Assembly: GCA_028534125.1 (NCBI GenBank)
Contig: CM052817.1
Coordinates: 12,400,001 to 12,464,000, forward strand
Origin: Lama glama
Lineage: Eukaryota
Direction of reading: 5' to 3'
DNA: 64,000 nt
Shown: positions 1 through 13,390 of the stretch, piece after piece
Numbering within the stretch: the first letter of the stretch is position 1
Layout: every line of letters starts with the position of its first letter
Program-made: the position numbers and the translations under genes
The notes under the pieces: generated by a model
What the model was told of the DNA's origin: nothing
Databases searched by the model: none
What the model saw: the letters and a program-made list of their open reading frames with translations, nothing else

Positions 1-369
1 GTCCTGCCAGGTAGTAGGGGAGAGGCTGACTTCCCAGTAAGAAAGCTGGTGCCTGGTTCTTCCTGCCTCAAACTAGCCCTTCGAAAAGATTGCTTGAGCC
101 TTCTGGGAAGGCTGATGTTAGGCAGATTCCTCAATCAGCAGAGAACAATCTGCTTGAGCACACCCTGAAGATTCCAGACAGAACCGTGACACCCGGGATC
201 TTGAAGCAATGCTCTATCTGAATATGTTTTAATGATATTTTAGGATGCTGAAGTAGGGATACAATAGGAGGATACAGCCCAGGTGGAGAGAAAAAGAAAC
301 TGAACGTAAACTGAGCATCCACTGACATTCATTGCATCAGCCGCTAATTTAAGGTTGATAACATCTTAC

Positions 370-873
370 CAGAGCTGTTCAGTTTTAAAACATGTCGGCA
401 GATTCTTTGACGATTTTCTCACAAGAGATGGGATTGAACTCCCCACCCCTTGAATTTGCATCAACATTAAATGACTCACTTCTCATGAACAGAATGTTAT
501 ATAAATTCTATACAATTTCCAACCATCTTTTTCTGTGTCTCCCGTTCCCTGGCCTAGGTCTTCAGAGCCCTGCATGTCCATGGACAAAGTTCAGCTCTCC
601 TGAACTCAGCGTGCTTCAGTAGCCATGTGGAGACAGAGAGACTGGCTCCAGGAGCCCAGCTGTTCTATTCCACAGCTGTTCAGGTCCAAGGCCCAGTGCG
701 TGAGTGCGAGAAACATCAGGTTTTCCTCTTTTTGAGGTTTTTTGAGCCACCCCAGCGGATGGTGAGAAGCAGAGAAAAACTTTCCTTTGCTCCTTACCAG
801 ATTGCTGATCCAGGAACTAATTGTGTTGTTTTACTTTAAGCCACTTGGAGTCGTTGGCTACAGTAGTTGGAAC
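370..873 (+). mobile_element. MaLR solo LTR, MLT1F/G-like
   Basis: 5' part 'gattctttgac...gagatggg...ccccttgaat' and 3' part 'tgttgttttactttaagccact...ctacagtagttggaaca' resemble MLT1F/G LTR ends; boundaries approximate. Confidence 0.7.
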
Positions 874-1216
874 ACTAGCGCAGATGACCTGAGACTCAGA
901 AAATTTTCAGCATTTGCTGTCACTGAATTAGCGAGCTCCAGAGGCAGGCACTAACCTCTAGTTTTCCTTACACCAAAGTGACTGTCTTTTCATCATATTA
1001 CATGAACCAGTATATTTCAGTTCAGCTGCAGACTCGTGATCTCCCATTTCCCCACCATGAAGTCTACCATATTGCAGTACTGACAGCTTCCCCTTGATAC
1101 TGACAGTCACAAAGCTGTTATCCGAATGGCAAATCTCCGGGAAAGCACCTGTGACACTGATGTAATAATACTAACAACCAACTGTATGTACATTTGTAGT
1201 TTAAGTGACTTACACC

Positions 1217-1620
1217 TGTGGTGGCCAGTTTTTTTTAAGAGAAGGAACTTTTATCCTCTCCCTTGAACCTACAGTTGATATTACTAGTAGAATGTGGAGG
1301 GTGTGATATTTTGAAACCTCTGAGTTCTGGCTCCTGCTTTCTTTCTCTTGAAAGCCTGAGCCACCAAAGAAACCCAAACTAGGCTGCCAGAGAAAATGTC
1401 CCCACGAAAATAGGACGGAGAATAAACTGCCATGTGGAGAGAGAGGCCAAATGAAGGAGCACGAAAGAGCAGACGTCCATCTTCAGCCACAGCTGCCATC
1501 TGAGTAAAACACATGAGACATCCCAGTGAGGCCAGAAGAGAAATAACCCAGGTGATCCCAGTCTGACCCATGGAATTGTGAGATACAGTAAAATGGGCTA
1601 AAGTCTAGGACTTCAGTGTG
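1217..1620 (+). mobile_element. MaLR solo LTR, MLT1G/H-like
   Basis: Starts tgtggtgg; contains 'cctctcccttgaac', 'agaatgtgg', 'gccatgtggagagagaggcc', 'cccatggaattgtgaga'. Confidence 0.65.
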
Positions 1621-2359
1621 CAGAATTCTCTACTTTACTGGATCACAGAACTATCACCCTGACATACCCACCTCCTCCCCTCACCCCTACATTTGCTGTC
1701 TCGTATCATTTATAAAAACTGGTTCTTAGAAAACTATACTTGTAAGTGGATGCTTTACAGACATTTCTGGGAGACGGGTTTGTTTCGGGGCACTTGTGTT
1801 TTCCCGGAGGCATCACCAATCAAGTTTCACTGTATCTTTCAGGAAGTGAGAATTCCGGAGTTGGCCTGGAAGAAACTACTGACTAGACTCCTAATTAGAA
1901 AATTTCACACCAGGAGGAAGCCTCTGGTCCAGGTCAGAATTTACAGGTGCATCTGCCCAGAATGGACTTAGTGTATGCAGAGAAAAATGAGCTACCTTTG
2001 TGAGTGTACAGACCTGCCCAGGTGGAATGGGCATCAACCTGGGAAGATTTCCAGTTTGACCTGGGGGCTCTAGCACCAGCGTGTGACCTGGTATTCTTCT
2101 ATTCTTCTAGACTTTACAAAGTTGGTGGTGTGAGTTATTGCCTGTCTCCCTGCTGTGCCTTAAATTACAGAAATCATCCACTTACTCTATGGAGCTCTAG
2201 CTTGAAATCTTAAAAAACTTGATGGCACATTTCTTTAAAATGAAAGATTGGCTTCTAAAATTGATTTAAAAACACTATTGAGAAAAATATCTGTTTTAGA
2301 GGTGATTTCCTTCTCATTTCCTACTTTTTATTTAAAAAAATTAATTCCTGTTTACAAAG

Positions 2360-2440
2360 TCCCTATAACTACTGTTAGTCCTGAGGATACAGTGGTTAAA
2401 TAAAATAAAAAAGTTTTCGTTCTTTTAAGAGCTTAGAGTT
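2360..2440 (-). mobile_element. L2 3' end fragment
   Basis: 'ctgaggatacagtggttaaataaa...gagcttagagt' matches the reverse-complemented L2 tail. Confidence 0.5.
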
Positions 2441-2824
2441 TTCTACCTCAAAGGGAGGCTTTTTCCTGAATTTCATGTTGCTCCAAATTTTAGGAAATGT
2501 TCATCAGTGATAGTGTGTCTTTGTTCCATGGATGAGACCAAATGAGGCTCAGAGAGGAAATAACTTTATGCATGTTAACTACTCCACAGACCTGCAGATT
2601 ATTACAAAACAGAATTTAGGAATAAATGATTATCAGTGAAGCCAGATGAATTACCCAGAGATGTCTAATGCCCAATATCTTACAGAAGTCAAGACTTTTG
2701 ATTTGCAATTCAGCATACTTAATTATCAATTCCCAAAGAGGGTTACAGTCTGAATCTTCTAGTGCACAGTAAGGTGTTATCTGTATTATTAAGACATTGA
2801 ATTGGTTATTCTAAATTTTTATAG

Positions 2825-2990
2825 AGTAATTAAGGTCACAGGCTTTGGAGTCATAGTGCCCTGGGTTCAAATCATGACCTCTCTCTACTAGTTGCATTAT
2901 CTTGGACGAAATGATAAATTTCTAGGAGCCTCAGTGCTCCCATTGCTAAAATAGATTTTCTGTCACCTTGTAATTATCCAATTAAGGATA
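2825..2990 (+). mobile_element. MIR SINE
   Basis: 'ggctttggagtcatag...ctgggttcaaatc...gagcctcagt' MIR head and core. Confidence 0.8.
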
Positions 2991-4179
2991 GCTATGAATT
3001 AGCAATTTTCCTCCCTTGGACTTCCATTTTATCTTTTATCTTTGGAAATATTTTATTTTCATTAGAACTATCAGTTGTAAAGTAAAGCAATGCTTTACTG
3101 ATGCAAAACTAATGATTATAAATAGGGGTTTGTTGAACAAAAGTTACTTTAAAAAGACATGGAACTCACACTCAGAAAAAGACATTTCTGCCTACGTATT
3201 TCAATATAATTTTTTCAGTATCAACAATCACTACCAATTTAAGGTAAGAAGAAAGAATGAAGAATGTTATGAGAAATAATTTAATTCAAAAACCAAAGGC
3301 AACTGGGCATGGTCTAAGGACCTCGAGAAAATATGGTCCAGTTCTCAAGGTAATTCCAAATACATTGCTTTTTTCTCCCGATGTCCGGAGTCTCCTTTCT
3401 CCACTTGTAAACGTAGATTAACTTTGCTTCTCACCATCAAAAAAGCATGCTGTATCTTAAACAAGCATAGTGACAGGTGGGGAAGCGGGTAAGGACTGAT
3501 GAGCAAAGTACTCAGTTCTCCTTGGCAACTGTAGGCAACACACTGAAATTAACAATTTTTTCAGCTCTCAGCTGAGGTCTCTGCTTACTTACTCTTTTCC
3601 TGCTTCTTAAGTCTCCACGTTCACGAGCTTGGACAAAAGTTTATTGTCTTGTTTCATCCATGACATCATTCCATTATATCCAAGTCTTTATCATCCTATA
3701 CCCTCCTTTCCAATTGCAATTTAGACCTCATATTTCTGTGGGAAACACAACTTTTTTCACTTCTGACATCCACTCTTCTCTTCATTTCTACAGGTATCCA
3801 CACCAGCAATATACTCACTAAAAAGTTTTACTCGTCACTCTAGGACTCAGTGACTGAGAGAGAATCTGAGCAGAGGGCAAGGGTACTGCTTACATCCTGT
3901 GCCTTGATCTGGGCACAGACTGGATTTAAGGTATGTTCCAGTTGTAAAAATTTATCACACTGTATCTTTTTCATACAAACATCTTTTGATATGTTAATTA
4001 TTGTTCAATGTAAAATGAAAAAAAAAAAGGAGAGAAAAGAAGCAGTTACAAAAACAACACAAATCACTCCTATTCAAAATGAATGATGTCTGTGGAAGCC
4101 AGTTCTGTACATCAAGATATAAGCAGAATTCTCCAGGATGGGGCTTGTGGTAACTACTGTTTTCCTGATAGAAGCAGAA

Positions 4180-4528
4180 GATTCAGGTTGACCATGACTT
4201 TTGTCTTTTATTCTCTCCATTCTCATGCTTTTCATTCCTGGGACTCAGGCATGAGCCTGGAGTTAAGTCATATCCCTTGTAATCATAATCGTGAGAGCTA
4301 CAGGCTAACACAGTAAAGCAGAAAGCTAGAAGGAGCTTGGGCATTGATTCCCTTCATCCAAGGTCTTCTATCTTAGGCTGTGACCTCTAGACTTCTTGTT
4401 ATTTAGGGAAAACACATCTTTATATATTTACAGCACAAAGTCTTAGATTTTTCTTTTGATCCCTCTTTCTCTGTCTTTCATTCCCTCTTTATTTTTTTTC
4501 ACATGCATCCAAATTTAATCCTAACTGA
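4180..4528 (+). mobile_element. MaLR solo LTR, MLT1J/K-like
   Basis: 'agcagaaagctagaaggagcttgggc', 'acctctagacttcttgtt', ends 'aatcctaactga'. Confidence 0.6.
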
Positions 4529-4639
4529 CTTTCCAACCTTTCCTGAGAGACTCTGATATTTGCTCTTTTTTTTTAAAACAAATAAGGCTATAATTTTCTT
4601 ACAGAGCCAGATGTTGGAAGGGACAGGTGTGGATGATTG

Positions 4640-5003
4640 TCTTGATCTTTTATTCATGGCAGCAAGGTGGCTGCCCCAGATCCAAACATCACACCCACAT
4701 TCACAGGAGGAAAATGAGGAATGGGGCTACAAAGCCTTCCCCAAAAGCCTCTCTGTTGGCTTTGCTTCGTTCACACTAACAGACAGAGATCCAGCTCTGA
4801 CCAGAGCTGGGTCACACGGCAGCCACTAACAGCAAGGGAAACTGGGAAAGTGAGCAAAAGGATTGTCATGATTGGCTGGGACCAAATTATGATCCATCAT
4901 CCGTATCTGGGCATGTTGTTGCTCCAAACAAAATTGGGTTCTGTTAGCAACAGGTGGGGAGCAGGGGCTGGAGACTGGTCAGCAGCAACAGCACCTGCCA
5001 TAG
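4640..5003 (-). mobile_element. MaLR solo LTR, MLT1K/L-like
   Basis: 'ttcatggcagcaaggtggctgc', 'agagctgggtcacacggc...gcaagggaaactgggaaagtgag', 'aaacaaaattgggttctgttag'. Confidence 0.75.
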
Positions 5004-5584
5004 ACCCGGCCAGCAGTATTTACTCTGATAGCCAAACTGTGTAAAGTTTAAATGTTTTATATGTAGGATTAGAGACCAACTAGTACCATTTTTGTAAGTA
5101 AGTCTGGAGAGTTTATGTCCTTTATTGGGGATTACTAGTTACTTGCACATGTAATATTACAATGAAATTTTTTCAATTTTCTCTTTTTGCTACCTTTTAT
5201 ATTCACTTTCTACAATGCCTACAATATTTCATGTCTAATACATTGGAAGTCATGTTTTAGAAAGAGACGAAATTAAGGTAAATATACTCTGCCATTTGGT
5301 TTTAAAAATGAAATTAAATGAGGCTGAATATTCTGTACGTTTCATTAATCGAATGAAATTCCAAAGAAGGACTTTAACTACTCTGAGCTGTGCAGCAGTA
5401 TTATATGTATCAAGCAGACATTCTTCTTAGAAAAGTCATTTGAAAGCTAGCATTTATTTCTGCACATATTACATATGCAGAATTTATATATGCATATATT
5501 ATTTAGGCATATTTTGGTACTAGCAAAAACCCCAAAAACCCAGCAGCTCAGCAAATGTCACATTTGTTATTCTGGTTGTTTATT

Positions 5585-6354
5585 CTCCAAAACTTGAAGT
5601 CAGACTTGATTCCTTAGTGTCTGTCACAGTCCACATCCAATCTATCAAAATCTGACCTCTTTATGGTCAAAATACAGGCAGGATCTGTGCACTTCTGTCC
5701 AACGTCACCTGTTCCAAACCTTGTCAGTCCATTCCTAGACAATTGCATCCTTCTTCCATCTCTCGTCTGGATCTTGATTCTTCTGTCTCCTCCTTCCCCT
5801 AGGCAGAAGTCAGTTCAATCCACTGCTCAAAAACCCACCTCTGTCTTCCCATCTCACTCATATTATGATGTACTGGCTTTATTTTGACCAAAAAAAAAAA
5901 AAAGAATATTTTAGTGACCTGGCCCACTGCTATCAAACTTTCTTCCTACCATTTTTTTTTCCTTTATCAGGATGTACTTTTGACTCAGGAACTTTGCACT
6001 TGCTCTTTCCTCTGCTTGAAACTCTTATCCCAAATGATACCTTGGCTCCCTCCATTCTTTTGTTCATAGCTTCGATCAGATATCCCCATGGCTTAAAGCC
6101 CTATAGTGACCACTCTATCTCAAACAACTGACCACCTTCTGCCCCCTCATCCTTTCTCTGTTCCCTTTAACCACACCTTTTTTTCATACTGTTATGGGAA
6201 TTAATGTATATTTAACTTATCTAATAGATCTGATATATTTATCTTCTGTATAAAATGTAAGCTGCATGAGAGTAGTACTTTCATATATTTTATTTACAGA
6301 AGTGGTATGTGCCCAATAAAAATGGGCTCAATAAATAATTTAAAGAACAAATGA
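5585..6354 (+). mobile_element. L2a LINE 3' portion
   Basis: 'ccacatccaatc', 'ctttgcacttgctctttcctctgcttgaa', 'aatgtaagctgcatgag', tail 'gctcaataaata'. Confidence 0.8.
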
Positions 6355-7699
6355 CATACAGTTCTGCTTCATCTTTGGATATATGTTCAATTATTGGAAC
6401 AAAAGTTGGAGGACGAAAAGAAAGAGACCAGAAACAGGAAGAAGAAATCTGCTTCCCTGGAATTCTTTAAGACATTCTGACAATTCTCTGTCAGATGCCT
6501 GATATGAACAATGCAGTTCCTTTGGACTCCATTCATCATGGTCAGCATTCCACATGCAGTGAGAGGAGGAAACCAGCCCTCCTGGCTGACACACAACTCT
6601 CCCGGCACTGACCCTCTGAGATGCCTCCTCTCACCCTGGCATATCCCAGCTCACAAATGACAGGCCCTCAGTTTGAGTTGGGAGACACAAGACAGGTAGA
6701 GAAGCTCTGTTTTGCAGCTTCAAAAGCTAAAGGAATGCCCTGAGTATTCTGGTTTAAGATTTATGGTTATAAATCTGATAAATCATCGGAGATAAATGTG
6801 GTTTGTTTTCCTCTCTCTTGTCAAAGATTACCTCTCTCCAGACGGCCATAAATGTCTTTAGGCTGTACCATCTTATCACTGCAAGATAGTGTAGAAGTAT
6901 GTGAAATGCTCATTTAAATCCCGCCCCAGCATCCCCATCTTCCTCTGGCTCCTCTTTCTCACATTCATGCTCACTTCTTCTTTTTCCTGTTGTAAAGTGT
7001 GAGTACACATACACGCACATGCACACGCACACACACAGGAAGATACTATCATTTTAAATTTTTTTCTGGTGGTTTTGAACATGCTTTGTGTGAACAGTTT
7101 CTACTGTGAACTCTGACCTACTTATCCAGACAACGCATTCCAGGTTTCAGCAGAAAGGCTTTTTAATGAAACCATCATCTTGGGAAAGCAAGTGATGGTG
7201 CTTTATTCAAACATATCTAATTCTTAAAAGGTTATATAAATATAACACAATCACATTCAATCCTGGACTTTATCCTGCAACCTGATTTTTTTTTTTTTTT
7301 GGTAGTTCTCCTTTTGCTTGTGGGGTCATACCATTAGGAGATCCATGGGATTAAAACAAAAATTTGGAAAGGGACCAAACATATTGAGTTACCATTCCAG
7401 TCTTCTAAACCCTTCAGAGCAAACCATTGAACATTTCATTGTATGATATGAATATTTGATTTCAAAAGCTGAAAATTATTATTTGAATGCTTGATTTTTA
7501 AATTATAAAATTTCTGTTTATTCCACAGATAAATTTGATGTGCCAATATATATACTGAGAAAAATCTAACTCTCCACATTTTTTAATAATATAGTATAAC
7601 GCTTGAATTTCAATTTCCTGGATGAGGGATGCTTAAACATTAGAGGACTCATGATGTATATTGAAGATAACAAAGCTTTGACAAATGAAGCCAGTCATA

Positions 7700-7880
7700 C
7701 ATAGAACTTTAAGTATTTTTCTCACTTTATTTCCACAGTATTTTTATGAGGCAGGGGTTACTACATCTAGTTTACAAATGAGGAAACTAAAGTTCAGACA
7801 AGTGAGCTGATTTTTTTTTCTGATGGTACCCAGTTAGCATATGTAAAGGCTAATGCTCAAAGTTGTATCTGATCCCCAAC
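7700..7880 (-). mobile_element. MIR SINE
   Basis: 'tttacaaatgaggaaactaaagttcaga' reverse MIR core. Confidence 0.75.
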
Positions 7881-7989
7881 CTGTGAGCAAGACACAAGAA
7901 AATCCATGGAGGCTCTGACACGGAACTCCAAGTATTTTATGATATCTCTCTGAGTCTTTGGTTCCTTAGAGTATGAGATCCAGAGAACA

Positions 7990-8665
7990 TTCTAAGAAAT
8001 CTTTGTAGAAGAAGTAAAATTTGAAATGGACTTTAAAAGAAAGATGATATTAAAACAATGATAAGGAAAGAAAATAAAGGTAGAAGAAATAAGGAGAACA
8101 AATACTCTAGTGAGAGAGGGGAAATGGCATTTGTGACAGCTGATCCTATAACTGGAGAGATAGTTGGAGTTGAGAGGTGGAAATTCTGGTAAGTCAGGCT
8201 TATGAGAATCCTGCAGATACAGGTGAAGTTCTGAAGGGTTCACCGTGGTCACATGTGTAAAGCAGTGGATTAGGATGGTTCATATGAAAGTAGAGTATGG
8301 GGAAGTTGAAAGGGCAAAGAACAGAGATACAAGTACAATTAGAAACCTGTCACAATAGACTAGAGTAGATGGTTGTAGTTATGCAGCTCGGTGGAGAATG
8401 TTTACACAGTCATGAGCAGAATATTTTACACACAACATTAAGAGACTATTGTGTGCCCTGAACTTTTTCTTCTGTGAATACATTTATTCTTTAGTGAGTA
8501 CCTCCTCCAAGGAGTCTGGAAAAACCTAATGGACAGACATCGTCCCTGATCTCAAAGAGCTTCAAGTCTAGTGAGATGGATGAACAAGACACCAGGCAGT
8601 TGCAATATGGTGCATTTGCTGCTATAAAGATGGTAAATTCAGGGAGCTATTGGAGCATGTAGGAA
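7990..8665 (-). mobile_element. L2 fragments (two, ~7990-8400 and ~8478-8665)
   Basis: 'gaagaagtaaaatttgaaatggacttt' and 'gtccctgatctcaaagagcttcaagtctagtg' match reverse L2 3' region. Confidence 0.6.
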
Positions 8666-9524
8666 TTCACTGCAGTTGCAGTCTTACTGTATCTTTGATC
8701 CACAGTTATTTAGTTCTGTTTGAGCTATACTTTTATTTGATTTTAATTTCCAGCTTCTTGGTGAATAAATAACTTTGTGAACAAATAGAAAGCTAACGAG
8801 AAAACAAAATTAGAGACCCAGTCACACTGGGTGAGCAAACACTCCAGAAGTTAGGGGACAACTTTGGAGGACAGGGTGGGCCTGAGCACGGAGTATAAAA
8901 TCCTTTATACTTCCAGACAGCAGTTCTGTAAAAGTTCCTGCTGGTATTTGGACAACCGATAGTCACAGTTGTACTTAGAAGCGAAAGCAATTATTGAAAG
9001 GTATGAACACTAGGAGATAGTTTTCATGGTGAATTAAATGTTTTGATAACGAACTAGGTATTTCAAAATAAATCAACAATTGAAGCATCTCAGATTTTAC
9101 ATTTAAAGTTGCAGTGAAAAAAAAGTAGAAGTCTGCAGCTATATTTTTCTTACAATGAATATTTTTATAGGTTAGAAGAAAATGGATGATTACAGAATGA
9201 GTTTAAAATAAATAAAGGAAGGTAGCGTATCATCTCACTCAAACAAAGCAAAAAGGAGGCAGAATTAGGGTATCAGAAATCTCACCCTGGATATAGTAAT
9301 ATCCTAGATAACTGTAAGAACAAAGAATGATTGAATATTAGCTAGAATCTATGGAATTTCTTGTCCTTCTCATTCTCTCTGTATGATACACCCATTAACC
9401 TACCCCTCTGCCTTTCTTTCTTATTTTCTTTTTACATATAGTTAACATGTATCTGTGAAAAGTAGAGCCAAATGGTTAAAAAATATTCACAGTGATTTTT
9501 TTTTTTTTTAGTTTCTATTTCTCC

Positions 9525-9660
9525 CAGTTGAAGTGTCTTTATTCATGAAGGAAGGATAATAATATATCACCTACTTCCTAGGGTAGTTTTGAGAATAAAG
9601 ATGATGTGTATATGAGCCTCAGCACACAGGAAGAAATCAATCGTGTTCCCTATTACCATT
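9525..9660 (+). mobile_element. MIR 3' fragment
   Basis: 'ggataataatatatcacctacttcctagggtagttttgagaataaa'. Confidence 0.6.
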
Positions 9661-10770
9661 GTGTACTAAGCATTTAGAATTGATTCCTCAATTTAATGTC
9701 TCCTATATTCTCTCAGATGTGTTATAATCATTTGTAATATTAAAGGATAATAGTAAAACCCCTTCCATCTGTGAAACTCTACAACTCAATGCTATGCATT
9801 CAAGTTACTAAGAAAAATACAATTGCCTTTGTTATGGAAAACTCTTAAACTATGGATACATGTATCCTCTCTCTGCCTCTCACTGTCTCTCTCTTTCTCT
9901 CTCCTGTCTTTGTCTCTGTCTTTGTCTCTCCTGTCACATTTCCTGAGAGAGAAATATGATGCCCATATTTCAATTTAATATTTCATTCTCTTGGTTCTAT
10001 TATTTACTGATGTCTAATTGGTAAGAAATCCCAGGAACACAGCACTGGCAAAGATAGAAGCTAATTCCATGATGGATATAATGTGACCTCATCTGGAGCT
10101 ATTTAGACAGTCTGCTACTTAGTTTACTTACCTTGCTTTTTTAACATGGCCCTGCTCATGTCTTCTGTGAAGGAAAAGCATAGAGCAATAAGAGTAGAAA
10201 AGAAAATTAACAGCTGAATTATAGCATCGTATGCATTCATTGTTTTCTTCCTTTCTATAGAATATTTTAGATGAAATGGGGATCAAGATTATAAAGAAGC
10301 TCCAAAGAATATAAAAAAGATGAATTCCTTACATTAAAGAAGTATAGATGCGAGACATCAAAGATGGTCTTTTTGCACAAGCTACATTTTATAGCAAACA
10401 TTATAATCATTTGATTAGGGATTAAAATAGCCTGTAGTTCACTTGAGAAAATATGCAAGCTTTTACATCTAATGAAAAACTCGACAAATTCTTCAATTTT
10501 ATAACAGTACCAGATAAAAGTAGGTTTAGCTGTTTTCTAGTTTGAGGGAAGATTCTCCCTCATAAAACATTTAGATCTGGCACTCTCTCTCAAGGTTGTA
10601 ATGTAATTTAAATTTAAAGGCATTGACTTTTTCATTCTTGGAGGGTACCTGCTCCTGTGAGCAAATGATAAAAGTTACAGACCCTGCAATTCTTCCAATA
10701 GGAAGAATATGCTTATGTATATATATTCAAAATATTTCAGAGTTCAATAACCCAATTTTCCCCTTTTCTG

Positions 10771-10807
10771 CTAGGCATGTGCTCTACCGCTGAGCCACAA
10801 CCCCCCT
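10771..10807 (-). pseudogene. Tailless retrocopy of the 5' half of a tRNA-Ala(AGC)-like or Vic-1 SINE RNA
   Basis: Minus strand reads AGGGGGGTTGTGGCTCAGCGGTAGAGCACATGCCTAG (A box/D arm up to the anticodon), flanked by 19-bp direct repeats 10752-10770 and 10808-10826 with 1 mismatch; no poly(A). Confidence 0.8.
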
Positions 10808-12034
10808 CCAATTTCCCCCTTTTCTGAAGTGCTGTCATTGACCCCTGAGGAGCCACGAACCTCTGCTTTTGAGAATAATATTGTCTTCCAAAGCTAAATG
10901 ATTGTCCCAGGAAATCCAAATTTTTGTTTCTCTAATTCACAAAGCAAGCAAAGAAGCTGGTGGAATTTCAAAGGTAATAGATTCTGAAAGGCTTGCTTTA
11001 GTTTGCTAATTCAGAAGAGAACAGAGCCAACTTAGTCATTTTGAAGGACAGAGATAGTTGTGCTTATCAAAAATTCCTTCTGTTTCCTCTTGGAGATGCA
11101 CTCTAGCTTTGTATAAGTTTTGTAGAGGTAAGAATGAGACAAGCCGGGATTGTACAAAGAAAACACACTTTGATATTAATTGTATGTGAAACCCAGAGAT
11201 GGGTCAGGTCCAAACATAACAAACATGGGACATTCACAATAGAAAAGTTTGGCCAAAGCAAACACTCCCTTCTGACTCCTCTTCAGTCCACAGGGTACTA
11301 TTCACATCATGGTTGGCTGAGCAAAAATTCTCAGGATATGAATTCTCCCAAGCAGGTTATGGCAAAGTCACCAGCCTCCAGCTTGAAGAAGCCGGAGGAG
11401 TCACAGGACTGGCAAGACTGCCATGTGTTCTCTTTGTGCCACCATCTTTCTTGATTTCTTCACCTCAAATCTCAGACCAGCCAAGAGCTGGTTTCTGTCT
11501 AGGGAAGGTTTATGTGCTTGCAGGTGGCTTTACCACCTGTGACCATGGAGATCCAGCCAAAACAATGCTCCCTCTGGAATGCCTGGCTGGGGATTTGGAT
11601 AAATACTAAGAGATGACTCAGAGACAGAGAGGAAGCAGAGTGTTTTGAAGGTGGGGAGAGAGTAGGGAGGGTGAATGGTAAATAATACATATGAATAACT
11701 CTCTTCTCCTGCTTCCTGCCTCTCTTTACCTCTTTATTCATGACATGATGAATGGTCCACGATAAAGATGCTCCACATTAAATTGTCCAGTCCTATTAAA
11801 AACAAATGACTAAGACCTGGGATTTGTATGCTTTTGTTTTTATTTTATTCTTGAGACAGTTTCTGCTTCTGTCTGTTTTCCACTGAATCTTTCTCCTGGG
11901 CTTTAAATTTAATGCTTCCTGTCAGAAAGTGTTTTCTATAACTCCCTTCCGTAGGATGATACAGATTTCTGAAAAGGAGAGAAAAAAAAATACTTTGGAT
12001 TATCTTGCTAAAACATCAGCATCAAGAAATCTAT

Positions 12035-12185
12035 TTATTTATTAAGCGCTTACTTTGTGTCATATACTGCGGTGAGACATTTACATGGGTGATTTGTAAT
12101 CATCACAACAACTCTGCAAGTCACTTTCCTTATACGCATTTTCAGTTGAAGAAACTGAGATGCACAAATATTAAATGACTTGACA
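12035..12185 (-). mobile_element. MIR SINE
   Basis: 'attaagcgcttactttgtgtcatatactg...cattttcagttgaagaaactgaga...ttaaatgacttg'. Confidence 0.8.
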
Positions 12186-12402
12186 ATTTTATCTGTGAAA
12201 AAGGAAGACCAGAAAATACCTTAAATTAGGACCAGGAAGTGTGAGAACTAATAAAAGCCAACATTTAGGGCCATATAATCCATGGCATGACTATTCCAAA
12301 TAATTTGTATATATTTTATTATCATCAGAATCAAATGACTTATTCCCATTCTAGCAGATGATAAAACCAAGACAGAGAATTCAAAATCAAGTGGAGAGCA
12401 AG

Positions 12403-12890
12403 TGTGGTGGCTAATTTTATGTGTTACCTTGAGTATGGTGCTCAGTTTTTTGGTCAAATATCAGTCTAGTTGTTGATGCAAAGGCATTTTTTTTGGTGTG
12501 ATTACCATTTAAATCCATAGACTTTGGGGAAAGTAGATTAACCTCCATAATGTGGGTAGACCTCAATCAGTTGAAGACCTTAGGAGCAAAGTCTGAGGTT
12601 CTCTGGAGGAATCCTCAAGACAGCAACATAGAAACACTACCTAAGTTTTAGCCTGCTGTCCTGTGGAATTTGGATGAAGCTTTCACCATCAACTCCTACC
12701 TGAATTTTCAGCCTGCCTGCCTGCCCTAAGTATTTCTGACTTGCCAGCCCCCGCAATAGTGGGAGCCAGTTCTTTAAAATCCCTTCCCTCCCCCTTCTTC
12801 TCTTTCTCGCCCTGCCCCTCTTCCTCCGTTTTATCCTCTCATTCCCTTTATTTTTAATCTCCCTCTTTTTTCTCCCTCCTTCTCTCTGTA
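12403..12890 (+). mobile_element. ERVL solo LTR, MLT2D-like, ending in a polypyrimidine tract
   Basis: 'tgtggtggctaattttatgtgt', 'ctccataatgtgggt...aatcagttgaag', 'gacttgccagccccc...gagccagttctttaaaat'. Confidence 0.85.
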
Positions 12891-12961
12891 TAATTCTGCA
12901 TTCTCAGATTAAAACTGTGTCTGGAATATAACCTTTCAGTAAATCTGGTTTTGCTGATGAT

Positions 12962-13390
12962 TGTGACAGTGGAGACTAAGTGTCCAGTTAAAATTTCTGC
13001 CTCTCTTTCCATCATATAGGATTGTCACTGGGAAGGGGCTTCCCAGGCAGGACTTAGATTTCCCAGCTCTCTTTGCACGTAGATCGGGCAAGGTGACAAT
13101 CTAGCCCAAGGAATGTGAGCAGAGGTGACTTAAGACTTAAGAAATAGGTGAGGTTTCTCCACATGGCTTTCCACTTCAGTGTGATGGTCCCAAAAGTTCC
13201 CAAGTTCTCAGAGAATGGTGGGGACACAAAATAAAAGGAGGCTGGATCGCTGAACTTTTATAGGGAGAAAAGCCTGCTCACTTTTGAACACTTTGGGGAC
13301 TCATGTCAACAAGAAATAAATGTTTAATATGTTGAGCAACCAAAATGAGGGTGTGTATTTTTAGAGTTGCTAACTTAACCTTAACTAAAA
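12962..13390 (+). mobile_element. MaLR solo LTR, MLT1J-like
   Basis: 'atttcccagctctctttgca', 'ggaatgtgagcagaggtga', 'aaggaggctggatcgctga', 'caagaaataaa'. Confidence 0.8.

Noticed and set aside
11745-11890. C/D-box snoRNA candidate (ATGATGA)
   Set aside because: No suitably placed D box with a terminal stem, and no recognisable guide sequence.
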